From: Lophium mytilinum
Lineage: Eukaryota
Direction: 5' to 3'
Assembly: GCA_010093605.1 (NCBI GenBank)
Contig: MU004194.1
Coordinates: forward strand, 1,588,323-1,652,322
DNA length: 64,000 nt
Made by a program: the position numbers and the translations under genes. Shown piece by piece: positions 46,642 to 59,854 of this stretch. Each line of letters starts with the position of its first letter. The stretch's first letter is position 1. The notes under the pieces are model-generated. The model was given only the letters and a program-made list of their open reading frames with translations, made no database searches and had not been told where the DNA came from.

Positions 46642-48378
46642 TTATCCAGTCTTTTCAGCAGGGACTTCCTCATGGTGCATCGCAGCCTCCTTGTCGGTCA
46701 TATCGCCATGTTCCGCCGCAATAATCTTGCGGAACTCGACTCTAGTGTTCCACGGCTTGATACCGCTAAAGAACATCTCCTCCACATCCTCCAAGGTCTT
46801 GCCTGAGGTCTCAGGGAAGCAGAAGAACGTGTGAATCGACATCGTGGTGCAGAAAACGCCGAAGATAACATACACCTTCCACTGAATGTTGACGAACGCA
46901 GGCGGGACGAAGTAGGAGAGCGCGAAGTTGAAGATCCAGTTTGCAGATGTGCAGAGCGCAACGGCCTTGCCACGGACGCGGAGAGGGAAGAGCTCAGGAG
47001 GGTAGATCCAGGATACGGGGCCCCAAGTGGGCGCGTATGAAGCGACGAAAAGGTATGTGCATGCGATGACGGCCTTTGCCGGTGCTCCTGCGATTTGCCA
47101 GCTTTCCTCCGGTACGTTGTCGACGCCTCCTTTCGGGGCCGGTTTGCCGTAGGTAGCCATCAAGCCCGCGTTGGCGTACATCCAGATGGACATTAAGGTA
47201 GCGCCGATGATGAGAGGCCCGCGGCGACCCCAGCGATCAATAAAAACGAGCGCGAAGATGGTCATCACGACATTGATGACATATTGAATAGAAGACGCGA
47301 CGAGGTTTGTGTTGCCGGTCAAACCAGCCATGCCGAAAACGTAGGTGATGTAGTACCTGAGTCGCTCTACATTAGCAATGGCATGTAAAGATAAATACGA
47401 GAAACTTACATCATGACGTTCATTCCCGTGAGCTGCGACCAAATTTGCGTAGATACACCGATGTGGGTTCGGTTGATCATTGATGGCTTGAAAAGCTCGA
47501 AATAGGTGACGTCGGCATTGTTGCGCTCGAACTCGCACATATCCTCGATCTCGCGAAGCTCACGTCCAACGAAGGGTGCATTAGGGTCACCCTTACCATG
47601 CACCAGTGTGAGTACCTCATGGCACTCCTCCCATCTATCTTTCTTGGCGAGCCAACGAGGAGACTCGGGCAGGAAGAGCAGGCCTATAAACAGTCCAATT
47701 GCGGGAATCATTTGCAATCCCCAGGGGACGCGGAAGGCAGCAGTGCCTTTGATGAAGGAGCAGCCGTAACTAATATAGAACATGATCTATTTGCTGTCAG
47801 TAAGGGTAGCATAAACAACGAGACTATTTTTGCACGTACCAAGATGCCCCATGTAATGGCCCACTGCTGGGTTCCTACGACACGGCCTCGCATACTCGGG
47901 ATAGCAAGTTCGGAAACGTAGACGGGAACTTGTGCGGAACAGATGCCGACCGCGAGGCCGTTGATAAATCGACCGACGATGAGCATGCCGATGTTTTGAG
48001 ACGCGCAAATGAGGATAGATCCAATGCACCAGATGACAGAACCGACTTGAATGGCCCTTTTTCTACCAAGCTTATCCGAAAGGAATCCTGAAAGGAGGGC
48101 GCCAACAAAGGAGCCTCCAGGCATAGAAGCAGTTATACCACCCTGAACGTCGGCCTTTGGTCCAGAGCAGCTGTCATTGTTGAAAGGCGGCCCATCGGGG
48201 CCTTGATTGAAGTAACACTTGTATTGCTGGGTACCCAGACTGATTGTACGTCAGTAAACAGCTACCGTTGTCTGTTGACAGTAGGAGCTCACATAGCACT
48301 CATCGAGGAGATATCGAAGCCAAAAAGGCCTCCTCCGATGACCGCAATAGCGGTGATGATGTAGATGTTTCCAATCAT
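46642..48378 (-). CDS. Sugar porter family hexose transporter (HGT1-like), 4 exons
   Basis: 'GGGLFGFDISSMS', 'SDKLGRK', 'PESPRWL', 'QLTGMNVMM', 'DRWGRR', 'PETSGKTLE'. Confidence 0.94.
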
Positions 48379-50314
48379 GTTGGCGGTTCGTGGACAACGA
48401 CCAAGCTGTTACTCTGGAAAGGAGGCGCTTGTAGTGCTCTGGAAACACGCCCAAAGCTGGGAAAGATGGCCACTTAAGTAGTTGTGCCCCAGCACCATGG
48501 CAAGAAGAGCTTCCCGCCCCGTTTGGGGTAACATCTCCTCCACCACGGGTTCCCCGCGAAAGGGGACGTTGGCGTGGCGCCGGGCCCACCCCTCTCCAAG
48601 TTGGTATGGAGCCCGGTGAGCGGCAAGAAGTGATCTCCGCAAGACCCACAATGGTGAGAAGGTCTTGTACGGGGTTGGCTGACATGCAGTGGGCACGGCA
48701 TGTGAGTCCCTCGTCCCTGGATCCGCGCTGAAGTCTTACCGATCAGCAAGAACCTCGCTGGGAGGAGAACCAAGACCGACCTTCCCAATCAGAAACCGAA
48801 GTGTTCAGACTTCCAACTCTTTTTTCCCCTCTGCTCAAGCGTTTGCAACATCTTGCAAGCGTTTCGAAGCTTCCACACCCTCGTCTGGGTTCCCCATCAT
48901 ACCAGCATCGCATCCAAACATCCGACAGCGACGTCACCTGCACAGACACCGCAACGCACCTAGTAGCCTCGCGTTTCGTACACCCTGTCACGCCGCTGAC
49001 GACTTCCCGTGTCTGGCGCGCGATGTTACGGCGTTAAGCTTCAAGACGCGATGGGGGGCCGCAGAGCTCTGCCGATCAATGCTAGGCAGCCTGCCATCAG
49101 AAACGAGCAATTATGCCGCTAGCAAGCCGATGAGCCGAGAAGGCGTGGAAGGCTTCCATGCGCCTCACCCGGCGCGCATCGAAGCCGGTTAGAGCTTATT
49201 ATTCTCTCGGCAGCGCTGCCTTGCAATTGGAGCAGCGAAAGAGACGGCTCAATGCCCGGGCGCGAGGGAGGTGGCAAGCGGCATGGCAACCCGTCTCCGC
49301 AAAGTCGGATTTGATTGCGGGGTGAAGGTCGATGTCACGATGCTTCTACAGCGGCTCGCGTAGTTTCTATTCCAGGATTCGTGGCCAAAGCTAGCAAGCG
49401 AGATGTTGGAACGTGGTCGCCTGATGGTGGGTTTGAAGTCGTGTTGATTTAGAAGGCGCCGTGCGAAGGTCCTGTCTCGCGATGTGGATGTCGGGACACA
49501 GCACACTGAAGGCTGGTGAAAGGTTAATGCGAACGAACTGAGCTAGCGTATACGTAGTCTTGATGCCCGAAGGCCTTGGTTGGGAGGCTCCGGGCTCCTG
49601 GGTATATGCACTGGAGTCGTGGAGGAAGTGGAGAGCTACAGCCTTGCATCAGATATTGATTGAGGAGGCGGGCCGATTTCCATTTTAGGAAGCATACCGA
49701 TCCCAACAAGGAGGAATGACCAAACAGAAAATAGTCTCAACTCTGACGGAGATATCGGCTGCGACGGCACACTTTATGTATAGTTAGACCTTCTGTGTAG
49801 CTGGTTATGAGCAAACCGTTTGATCTGAGGCCAACAGCTCTCCGCAAACTTGCTTTCCTAAAACCTACAAGTTAGTCTTGGAACAAGCGAAACAAACTAC
49901 ATTGATACATGGAAGCATAGAGTACCCTCAACTATCAATTCGTCTCACCACTGATTGTTCAAGACCTGTTACTATGTTCTTCATCCGCTCGACTACCACA
50001 GTAAATGCCTGAGAGCAAGAGGAGAGCACTAGCATCGAGCGACCGGGCGAATCAAAGTAGTCCTCGCTGCAAGCTGTCGCAAATTCAGGCATGCTAGGAA
50101 ACCCCGCAAGCTAACCCCGTACGCGACTTGCATCCCTGAGTCTGGGTATGCGCACTAATGCGCAGTGGGAGTAACGCTGAGCAGCTTGTTGTAGAGGTTG
50201 CCACATGGCTTCGATTTCGTGGAAGCCCTTTGGCCTGTGCTCGGGTTTCCCAACAATGTATCGAGAGGTTTTGGGCGGTACTAGTGGACTTGCCACCGCG
50301 TGGAGAACCCCCGA

Positions 50315-50606
50315 GGATTTCCAAAGTCTAAACCCGATGTCAAATTCCAAGCAGTGCAAATCAGACAGCCTTTTGACTTATCAGCTGCTTACTAGCCAGG
50401 CTACCCCCTACAATGGTATCGAGTGAGCAGTATTAAAGCCAACGGTGACAGATCCACGTGTCACAGGATTCCAAGGATCTAAAGGCGATGTCAAGTTCCA
50501 AGTAGTGCAAATTAGACTTCCTCTTAATTGGTTAGCTGCTTAGCAGTCGGGCTACCCCCTACAGTGGTATCAAGTGAGCAACATCAAAGCCAAGCAGTGA
50601 CAGATC
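50315..50606. repeat. Diverged tandem direct repeat, two ~140-bp copies (50315-50454, 50466-50606)
   Basis: Shared blocks 'gatgtcaa.ttccaag.agtgcaaat.agac', 'ggctaccccctaca.tggtatc.agtgagca', 'gtgacagatc'. Confidence 0.8.
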
Positions 50607-50905
50607 AGTGTGTGCAGACGTTTGGCTTAGTACTGTAGCACAGAAGGTGATAGAGGCACCAGAGCATCATTTTATATTGTTTTTGGATTTATGTAGGTAG
50701 ACTTGAAGGAAAAAAAGAAAAGAGAGAAAGACAATCAACAAGACCCGGACCCACTGACCCAGACGCATACCTAGACCCACGCAGAATAGTCTGAAAACAA
50801 CATAAAGACTACCACTTCTCTCGCTCATAGCGGCCGCAGACACTTCAATCTGCGAGCTGAAAAATCAATCAATCAAGATGTAGGATGACGGACGCCTCCC
50901 CTCGT

Positions 50906-52918
50906 TTAAGTACGCAGCCTCTTCGACGTCCACGGCGCCTCAACCACCCCAAACACACCCCCAAACACCCTCCCCTCCTCGCTCAACTTCCGCTTCCCGT
51001 CTCGCACAGCGTTCTTATCCTGCACGAACATCGACATCGGATCATGCGTAAACCACGTACACGCGTTCTTGCGCAACGGGCCACTCTCATCGTCTCCAAC
51101 ATTGCCGAAGCGCTCGCGCTTCCGGCTGGCAAGGGAGCCACCAAATACAGCCGGAGGGGTCATGGAGCGACGCTTGGTCGGGCGCTCTGCGTTCTCCTGC
51201 ACGCCGTCGTCGCGTCCGTGCTTGGTGCCGCGCGCGGTGTTGTCGGCTGGGTCATGGAGGAAGGCTATCTTCCGCTTCTGGTGCTTTGAAGCGGGTGCCT
51301 GAGACGGCTCGGGAGTGTCTTCATACCAGCGCTTGCCGAGCACCATGGGTGGTGGGATGATGCTGCGGAAGCGGGGTGGTGGGCGGGTTGGTGGAGGGGG
51401 GTGTGATGGCGCAGTTGGAGGAGGGCAGGGAGAGGTGCCCTGGGCCTGGAAGGCGCTGGGAGCATTGCGAGTTGATGGTCCGGTGTAGTAGGACGAGCCA
51501 TTCTGCGCGGTGAAGAAGCGCCCACCGGATGGAGTGGTCGTCGTGTCAGTGTTCGAGATATCAGCTGTCGTTGGTGTGTCTCGCGGCTTGCGAGCTTGGA
51601 GCATGGGAGGGAGGAGGTGGTGGAGCTCGACAATCGCCTCAAACGGCATAAGGGCGACCTTCTCGTAGATGTCGCGAGTACCATCGTCAGCGGCAAACAG
51701 GTTGCCTCGCGGGATTTTCGACTCGTCCGCGGGAACGGTGTGTATACCGTCAGCGAACAGCTTCTCCAGCACATCCCGGCAGGCATACTTTGCCTCCAGC
51801 AGTGCATCAACGTAGAGGGCGATTGCGTTGTTGTACAAAACAGTTCCCTCAGCCTTCTGGGCAACGTCCATTTCCTGTCGGAATCCTTCTGTCATGAAGT
51901 ATTTCCGATAGGCTGCATGGCCAACGCAACATTCCAGGCAAACATAGGCAACTTTGTTGCTGTGGCCTGGGGAAGCGCAGTTAGGTGCGCAAAACGAGTT
52001 CTTATCCGGTCGGACGATGTGCTTGCATGCCAAGACATGTCGACGTGGCTTGCAACGCTCGCGCTGCGTGGGAGGAGAGTGAATATTGTCATTCGTGGTA
52101 ACGTTAGGCTTCGCTACAGGAGGACTGAATAGGTTGGAGCGAGGAAGGCTCGCGGAGCCGAAGGTTGGGTTAGAGCTACACGAGTTAGACCTGTTGCTTT
52201 TGGCACTCGAAGCACTACCCGTGAAGCTCGAGCCGGTGGATAAGTCTGGAGAGGGAATGCTTGGGACTCCAAAGATGAGACCCCCACTGTTTGGGCTTGA
52301 GCGTCCGCTCTGGGTCTTGTGGGAGGAGTTCGCAGTGTTCGAAGCTGCAGAAGGCTGGAAAACGGGACGAAACTTCGTGTTCGGGAAGAGAGGGCTTGGA
52401 AGTCCAAAGGGAGGACGTCCAAAGGGAGGACGTCCAACGCTCGCGCTCGAGCTTCCGCTTCTAGCGCTACCATTGCGGTTGCTCCCGGTCCGAGGGCCTC
52501 CATTCCGGGTGCCATAAGGGTGTGGCGCGGTTTTGGAGGTAGCCGCAGGCGGGGGCGTCATCTTCAGCTTCTTGGACGGCGGCATCGGGGTAGCACGTGC
52601 CCCTTGCGCAATAGCATCTTGATATTGGGACACAGTCGCAGCAAAAGCAGTAGAGAAGGACTTGGAGGTGGTGGCTGGTGGAGTAGGAGAGTACGCCGCC
52701 CCTCTGCGAGATATTGGCGTCAGAGTCGCGCGCTGCGCTGTCGTGGGCTGCGGGACGCGGCCGTAGACTTCCGCCTCGTCGTCCTCGTCGTCGTCGCGCA
52801 AGCGCTTGCCGAGCAAAATGTCGATAGCCATCTGTGGCGTAAAGGTCGGAGCAATGAGTCCTAAGACGAAGTTGGACACCTTGGAGAAGGCGGCCCGGGC
52901 AGAGAAACCAAAAACCAT
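50906..52918 (-). CDS. Hypothetical 670-aa mostly disordered protein with a central Cys/His cluster
   Basis: Long intronless ORF with good Kozak context; 'C..RRHVLACKH..CAPNC..VCLECC'; basic NLS-like patches. Confidence 0.7.
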   Translation of the reverse strand: MVFGFSARAAFSKVSNFVLGLIAPTFTPQMAIDILLGKRLRDDDEDDEAEVYGRVPQPTTAQRATLTPISRRGAAYSPTPPATTSKSFSTAFAATVSQYQDAIAQGARATPMPPSKKLKMTPPPAATSKTAPHPYGTRNGGPRTGSNRNGSARSGSSSASVGRPPFGRPPFGLPSPLFPNTKFRPVFQPSAASNTANSSHKTQSGRSSPNSGGLIFGVPSIPSPDLSTGSSFTGSASSAKSNRSNSCSSNPTFGSASLPRSNLFSPPVAKPNVTTNDNIHSPPTQRERCKPRRHVLACKHIVRPDKNSFCAPNCASPGHSNKVAYVCLECCVGHAAYRKYFMTEGFRQEMDVAQKAEGTVLYNNAIALYVDALLEAKYACRDVLEKLFADGIHTVPADESKIPRGNLFAADDGTRDIYEKVALMPFEAIVELHHLLPPMLQARKPRDTPTTADISNTDTTTTPSGGRFFTAQNGSSYYTGPSTRNAPSAFQAQGTSPCPPPTAPSHPPPPTRPPPRFRSIIPPPMVLGKRWYEDTPEPSQAPASKHQKRKIAFLHDPADNTARGTKHGRDDGVQENAERPTKRRSMTPPAVFGGSLASRKRERFGNVGDDESGPLRKNACTWFTHDPMSMFVQDKNAVRDGKRKLSEEGRVFGGVFGVVEAPWTSKRLRT

Positions 52919-54031
52919 GGTGGTGGCGCTGACGAAAGACTGTCGCGGGTGTTTGGTCGGGTGTGTGTGAAAGGAGTTGGTTGAAGGTGTCAGGAAGTCG
53001 AGGAAAGGCTGGGGCTTTGTGGGCGCTGAGTCTTAGCGGCGCCAGTTCACGGATGAACTGAAAGTCCTGTTCCGGCCGTTTCGTGATTCAGCGATACGGC
53101 GGGTGGTGAATGACTGTCGATACAGACTGATAGACGCTTACTATGTAATAGAGCGGCTACACAATGAAACTTGATATGAACATATATAATGGTGAGAAGA
53201 TCGGGAGAAGTGGCTGAAGGGGATGGTATAGAGATCTACATGATCAAGCTTAAGTTTCCCATAATTTGACCTACGACGATTGATACTGTAATATAGACGT
53301 TTCTCGAATAGACTCTCAAGCCAACTTTCCAAACTTCTAGATGTTCGGCCTTCCTTTAGAAACGAAACCAGCGCTTCCGCCAGCTTTAGTAGTCTGAAGC
53401 CTCCTTCACACATGCTCCGAGCTACTTCCTTCAGAAACTTCGAAAGCTCTCGTAGTAGTGATATCAGATCCGAGCACTCGGCGTTACGTTCGTTCAGTGA
53501 CCACTACCAGGCAGCCCTTGAAGTTTCCATCTTGAGCGATCAACTCCGCTTCAACGGCGTTAGCTAGAGTCCAAAGCCCCATCTGTGAGCAAAACATGTG
53601 TTTCAATTAGAACAACTGTTATAACTGATACATTAAGAAGGCTGTCGTTTCATAATAGCGACGATGAGAGATGAAGAGCGGATGAGGTGAGGTTGAAACA
53701 GAACCAAGATTTAGCGAGGTCACGTGCATTTTTAATCCTACAAAGTCAACCTTCCAATTCAGGTAAGTGGTACAAGCGCGATGAAGGCGCCCATAAGACC
53801 TTGGAATTCTCCTAGTGGGGTCAAGGTTTCGAAATCAAGATGGAAATTCCAGACACCGTCAATCAGGCTAGCAGCACCACAGCTATGCATCCGCCACCCT
53901 TCTTCGCGCGGTGTTCAGATAACGCACAAAGCAACAGCACACTGCAGAACCAGGTACGAGCTTGGAAGACCCCTGGGCCATATTAAAGCTGTGGATCATG
54001 TACTCATAATCCCCACCTCCAACTCCACCAC

Positions 54032-57000
54032 CTACCCCATCATCTCAATATCACTCGCGCTCTCACTCTCCTCTGCCTCCACACCCTCTCCTTCCCCTTC
54101 TCTCTTCTTATTCTCATCTTCCCTGAACCCTAAGTCCAGCACTCTAACCCTCCGCCTCCCCTTTTCCAACACAGCCACTACCCTCCGATCCTTTCGCCCA
54201 TTCACGACGATCTCCTCGGGCTCGAATCCGTCGTTCGCAAAGACGTGCTTGATATACGGCTTCAGCCGCGCGGGGTTGGAGAGGTCTAGCGCGGGGCCCT
54301 GCGTCTGAGACCGGTTAGGGGCGGCAGGGAAGAAGGTAGGGTAGGAGAGGGGGTGGTAAGGCAGCGGCGGTAGAGGTTGCGCAGAGGTGGAGGGGGAAGT
54401 GATGAGGGGGCGGTTGGGATTGTAGGGAATGGAGAGGAGGTAGGATGACTCTGCTGGCTTAATTAGCTCTGTCTAAGTTTGAAGGCGTGGTGGAGGCGTT
54501 GGGATATGGAGGCGAAAGGAAGTGGACTTCGTACCGTTAACATGCACAAGTGCGACCAGCTCGGCATCGTCGGCAAACTTCACGTCGAGAACGGTTCCAG
54601 GGCCGAATTGCAATGTCGCGGTATCACACGATCGAACGGAATTAGGAGATTCGTCGAAGACGTCCGCGTGGGTGATGCGATGGAGGCGGACTAGGGATGT
54701 CAGCGTATATTTACATACTAGCACTGTAATTTGAAGTAGCAGACTTACTCTCATTCATGCTGGTCTTCGGCAGTACAGCGGCGTAGGTGGTGATATCGGT
54801 TGAGCCGCCAATGTCCTAGTCTTGTTAGTATGTATTCAAATCAACATCTGCTGCGGAAAATGAGGGGAAAGAGCTCGCCTCAAACACCATCCTCAAATCG
54901 GCCCCTCTAGTCTCCCCGTCCTCGAGCACAACACCCGTCCCCAGTCCCGTGCTTTCCGCTTGCCATTTCCCAATTTTCTCAAACAACCTTCCACACACAC
55001 CCTTCAACCGCTCATTCCCGAGGTCTAATGAGATGGCGTCTTCTTTATACACCTTGCCCTCCTTCGCCGCCTGCACCGCCTTCCGCGTGTCATCGTACCC
55101 GATCTCCGCTTCCGTGCCCGGAGGCGGAGCAAGAGCAGCGAGTTCTGTCCCTGGCCGCAAGTAAGGTGCAACATCACTCTGGCGTAGTGGCCCTTGCAAA
55201 TACTCTAGTAACAGGCTGTAGTCAATACCGGGATCTCGATCGCCTTCCGATTCCTCACGACTACCTTCTGCGCCTCTGACATCGATCTCCCATCGTAGCC
55301 AGCGGGAAAACGTGGCGAATTGCCGCTTTTCGTCGCCAGTGGCAATGAGAACCGTGTGCGCGAGGAATCGGACACAGCGGATGGATTCGAGGATGGCGCC
55401 GAAGACGGGAAGGGGAATGGAGAAGAGGCGGGAGGATGATTCGTCATGGTAGCGAGCAAGGCCGCGGAGCGTGCTGGTGACTATGCTGCAGCGATCGAGT
55501 GCTGGGAGGAGTGAGGTGTGGATGAGGTCGAGGAGTTTGGTAAGGCCAGTGATGGCGGCGTGGTCCCAGCGTTTGTGGCCCTGTAGATTTACGTTAGACT
55601 TCCATTTTCGAGATGTAGAGGAGATTTGAGGAAAGCAATAGGTGAAATAGACAGCAGCGAGCTTCCGTCTGTATAGATATGCAAACGGAAGTTTGTAAAT
55701 GGACTCACACTCTCCGCCAATTCCTCTACCAACCACTCCTTCAGCGTAGCCGGGCAGCTCCCCGTAACCGCCAGATGGTAGAGCGCCTGTTCCAGAGTAC
55801 CCTCTCTTTTCTCCTCTAGCGTTTCGCTAATGTTGCGCATAAACCGCGCTGGCAGATCTTGCGCGTGAGTCCAGAAGGCACGCATGCGCTGGAGACATTG
55901 CGCCACATACTGCAGTAGGTTTTGCAATTGAGTCGTCTTAGATGCAATAAGATGCAGGTATATTCCCGCAGAAGAGATGAAGCGCAGAGAAAGAGGGACG
56001 AGGACAAGGCGGGTCTCTGACTTGATACTTGAACGAGAGCCGGTGGCATGTTGGGAAGTGATCTCCATTAGAAGGCCGTGACTGCAGCTGTAAGGATGGC
56101 TCGCGTGCACTAGAGGCCGTGTTTTCTCAACCTGCCACGCAGCCGGCAGGCCAACGCTTACGGCGCTCAAAGAATCGTAGATAGTCGGGCTGATGGTTCC
56201 ATCGTCCATGCACCTGACGAGCACGTCTACAGCATTGTGATCTTTCAGATGGTGAGAGTGGAAGATACTATCGATTTGAGCCTGTGAGCTAAATGCGCCG
56301 GTATCGCCAGCAGCGGGTCGAGCGAATGGATTTGCAGGTGGTACTGGGATCACAGGAAGCTTTGGAAGCAACGATTCTACATCCATCATGGCCAGCTGGT
56401 CCGGTAAGTCCGGACTGACATCAAGACTATTGAGATCAGGCTGGCGCTGGAGGAAATCGTCGAGCGTCGTATCGTCGCGGAACGAATCCCAATCCTCTGT
56501 CGTGAGCGGTTCTTTCCCATTCCATTTTGTTGAAGGTTCGATCGAGAGCGGATCTTCATCAGAGCGCTGTTTTAGCGCCTTCGTAGAGATGCCCGTCCTA
56601 GCCTTGACAGCATCCACGTCGATGAAGTTGACGCCCCAACCCAAGCATGCAACCTTAGCCTGGCTCTTCCCAGCCTTCTCTTGTGAACCATGCACAGTAG
56701 TTGAATCTTTCAGCAAGAATTTTCCTGTCTCTGCAGAGATCACGTCGACCGTCCCATCGCTCCAGGCGACTGCGATGGCTTGACCTGATATTGATATTAG
56801 CACGTGACTGAATTTTGACCTCAGAGAAGCAGAAAGAACGAAACAATGACAATTGAACTGGAAGACATACCATTAAACTTCCAACACACCCGTTCAACTT
56901 CTGACATGCCTTTCCTCTTGACCCCGAAAGCCCTCTGCCCGCTGATCCTCCACACGTCCACCTCCTCCTCTTCAGACACCGTTGCGACAAGGTCCATCGT

Positions 57001-57090
57001 GGGGCAGTACGTTAGCAGATGCGGCTTCACAGGATGTAGAAGCGTTTTCTCTGCGTGCAGCAGCAGGTTGGGGGGGCGTGGGCTCTCCAT
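54032..57090 (-). CDS. APC4: Anaphase-promoting complex subunit 4, multi-exon
   Basis: 'YCPTMDLVA..VWRISGQR', 'CWKFNGQAIAVAWSDG', 'LYHLAVTGSCPATLKEWLVEELAE..GHKRWD', 'LLPALDRC', 'VNGRKDRRVVAVL'. Confidence 0.9.
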
Positions 57091-58173
57091 CCTGTGCGAG
57101 TACTTGGGGCTTTGGTGAGTGGAGGGTACAAAGTGCTGAGACACGCGTGTGCAGAATTTCATTTATGTTTGGATTATCGTCATCGTTCTTCCCCCGATCT
57201 CATCTGATATATGGAGCCTCCAAGCGAGTAACTCAAGTATCCGTGCACTGGGAGTTTCGCAGAATTTGTCCTTGTTGGTGGTTGAGTTTAGAGATGAAGT
57301 CGCGTCGCGTCACGCTTGCTGTATTTTCGGGTGAACGCTAGCATAGATGAATCGAGAATCGACAATATGATATCAACGTCCCTTGGACTACAATGTCTCA
57401 CAAGCCTAGGCACGCTCTTCTGCCACTGCAACTGATGCCGCGCTGAGCTTTACATATCTACAGAATTGTGCAATCTGAACGCAGGCTTTCACGTAAATAT
57501 TCGCACACGGTTGATGGACGTAAAGACAACGCTATCTGAGGTCGTCCAGCGAGCCAGCCAATCATTACCAAACCAAGACTACTTCTCGTTCCGATCTTTT
57601 GGGACTTAATTGATGCACCGCTTAAAATATCATGCAAGTCTCTCAAGAGCCAGAACGAAGCAATTGCAATCATAGAGAATATGCGATTCAAACGCTCCAC
57701 GCCAATGCGTGACGATGCCCTTCCCCTTAGGGAAGCAATGCCGCGTACTCTATAACAAGTCATACATATGCCATCCCGTCCCTCTCATACAATTCCATCT
57801 CATCCAGTCCAGTGCATTTCAATTCAGTCCCCATTCTTGACTCAAGGACGCCGTCCATCATGCCGTAATCAAATAATCAAACAGGTCCCAAAACCCTTAA
57901 CAATGACGCCAATGATCGGGCAAAGTAAAGACTTCAAGCCCGATCCAACCCAAACAAAACGCCGGCTCTTGCGAGTTGCTGGATCCCCCACCATGTGTTT
58001 CTCTCTAACGATGAAAACGCCAACCACACCGCCACAGCCAGCGCGCGCGGTTTTACGTTGGGAAAGGGGGTGGAAGGGCCCTATCCGTACTCTTATGTAT
58101 GTACATGGATCAACAAGCCTGTGTCCGGAATGCAGGCAGGTCGACAAGAAAGCAGAAGTTACGGTGCGCGGGA

Positions 58174-59854
58174 TTATCGCTCGGAGCCCTTCATCCCACC
58201 CCGGACACTCTGCTTCTTGACGCGCACGCTTCCGCTAGCGTTGCTGTTGGCATCAGGTAGTACCTCGTCGAAGCTTGTGCGTTTTCCGCCGGCCTCACCT
58301 TCATCTGAGTCCTCGACTAGCTCGCCAAGGCCAAAGCTCTGATTTTCGACGTCGTAACTGCGCACTAGGCCTTCTCGTTCGCTGAAACTGTTCCTGGCGC
58401 TACCACCACTGAGGTATGGGCTCCGGAAGCCGTTCTCGATGCTGCTCCTCCTCGCTTGCATGCTTCGCCGTGTATAGACGCCGGAGATACCATCCGCAGG
58501 TGGGGCATCGGTCAAGCGGTTTCCAAGGTGTTTGTTGCCGTCTGGATCTTCGCGGGAAAGATTGAGTAGGTATACGCCGGAGAAGATGATCAAGAAGCCG
58601 CAAAGGAGGGAGAGCGTATTGACAGCTGAGGTAGTATTGAAGCCGCGGAAGAGGATGAAGGATGCGACCAATGTGCACGTTGTGAAGGTCACGTAGTAGA
58701 GAGGATTGACACTGGGGTAGATTAGCGTTTGAGCACACAAGAAGCAAATTTGCTGGGAATTCGTACATATTGGTCGAAAATTGGCTCAGTGCCTTGTTGA
58801 AGTAATTCATTTGCGTAAGAATGCAAACGATCACCACAATTACGAAAACGTAAGTCGAAGGATGTGTGAACTGGTTGTTGCCCGCGAAAGTCATCTTCAA
58901 TGCAATGCCGAACGCTTTGATGGCCATAATAGAGACGGATCCGACGGTCGAGCAGATGGAGAGGTAGATCAGCGGGTTTTTGCGGCCGTACTTGGGGGAG
59001 ATTTTGTATATCATGACGATGGCAAAAATCGCGGTGATGAGGCAATAGATCAAGAACCCTGGAATGGAGCATATCAGTGGCTATCCGCGCGCGTGAATGC
59101 AGACAACGTACCTGGTTGAATCGCAAAGTTCAGGATTTCGTCAATGGATTCAACGGGTGTATCTGGCGGCGCATGGAGCACGATAATGACAGATCCTATG
59201 AGACATATGGCGCATCCAATCTTTCCGAGCAGTCCCAATTTCTCGTTGAGGAAGTATGAGCCTAGAACAGAGCTGCTCGATAGTTAGCGGCTGGGTAGAA
59301 ATGCGCGGAGAATTCCAACATACCCGATGAGCACGCTGAGTGCGCCCAGTGGGGTCACCAGGATAGCCGGCGCAAAGGCGTAAGCTGCAAAATTGAAGAT
59401 CTCTCCGAGTACCACTGTGGCCGTTAGTGGGTATCCGCGGGATCGTTGGTGCAGAAGCGCGTACTCGTTACAATGCCGGCCCACCACGTAGGGCTTCGTA
59501 GGTATGAGTAGCCATCGCCTTCAAATCCATGCTTGTCTGCCGCTTCGTTCAATCCCTAAATCCAACGCGCAATCAGTATGGCATTCGTAGGTAGGCGCGT
59601 GAGGGCGCGAATCGGTCACTTGGGACGCGCTGAGGTGTGGGCGACAGACCTTTTTGGTGATGACGAAACTTGTGCCTGGCAAACAACTCATTAGTATGCT
59701 GCATGTATCTAGCATGCGCAGTGCAGACTCACCGATTGCCAAAGACGACGTTACCGCCAGTGCCAAACCCACATATCTGTCCGCATGTTAGCCATCGGTC
59801 ACCAAGTGGTGAGCCGAAGTCCGGCATCAGGGCAACGCACTTATCCTCCAGCAT
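58174..59854 (-). CDS. NIPA-family magnesium transporter, multi-exon
   Basis: '[13 protein letters not shown]', '[26 protein letters not shown]', '[12 protein letters not shown]', 'QMNYFNKAL', '[10 protein letters not shown]'. Confidence 0.93.

Noticed and set aside
53141..53530. Helical-looking minus-strand reading frame with a stop
   Set aside because: Possible remnant, but no assignable homology.
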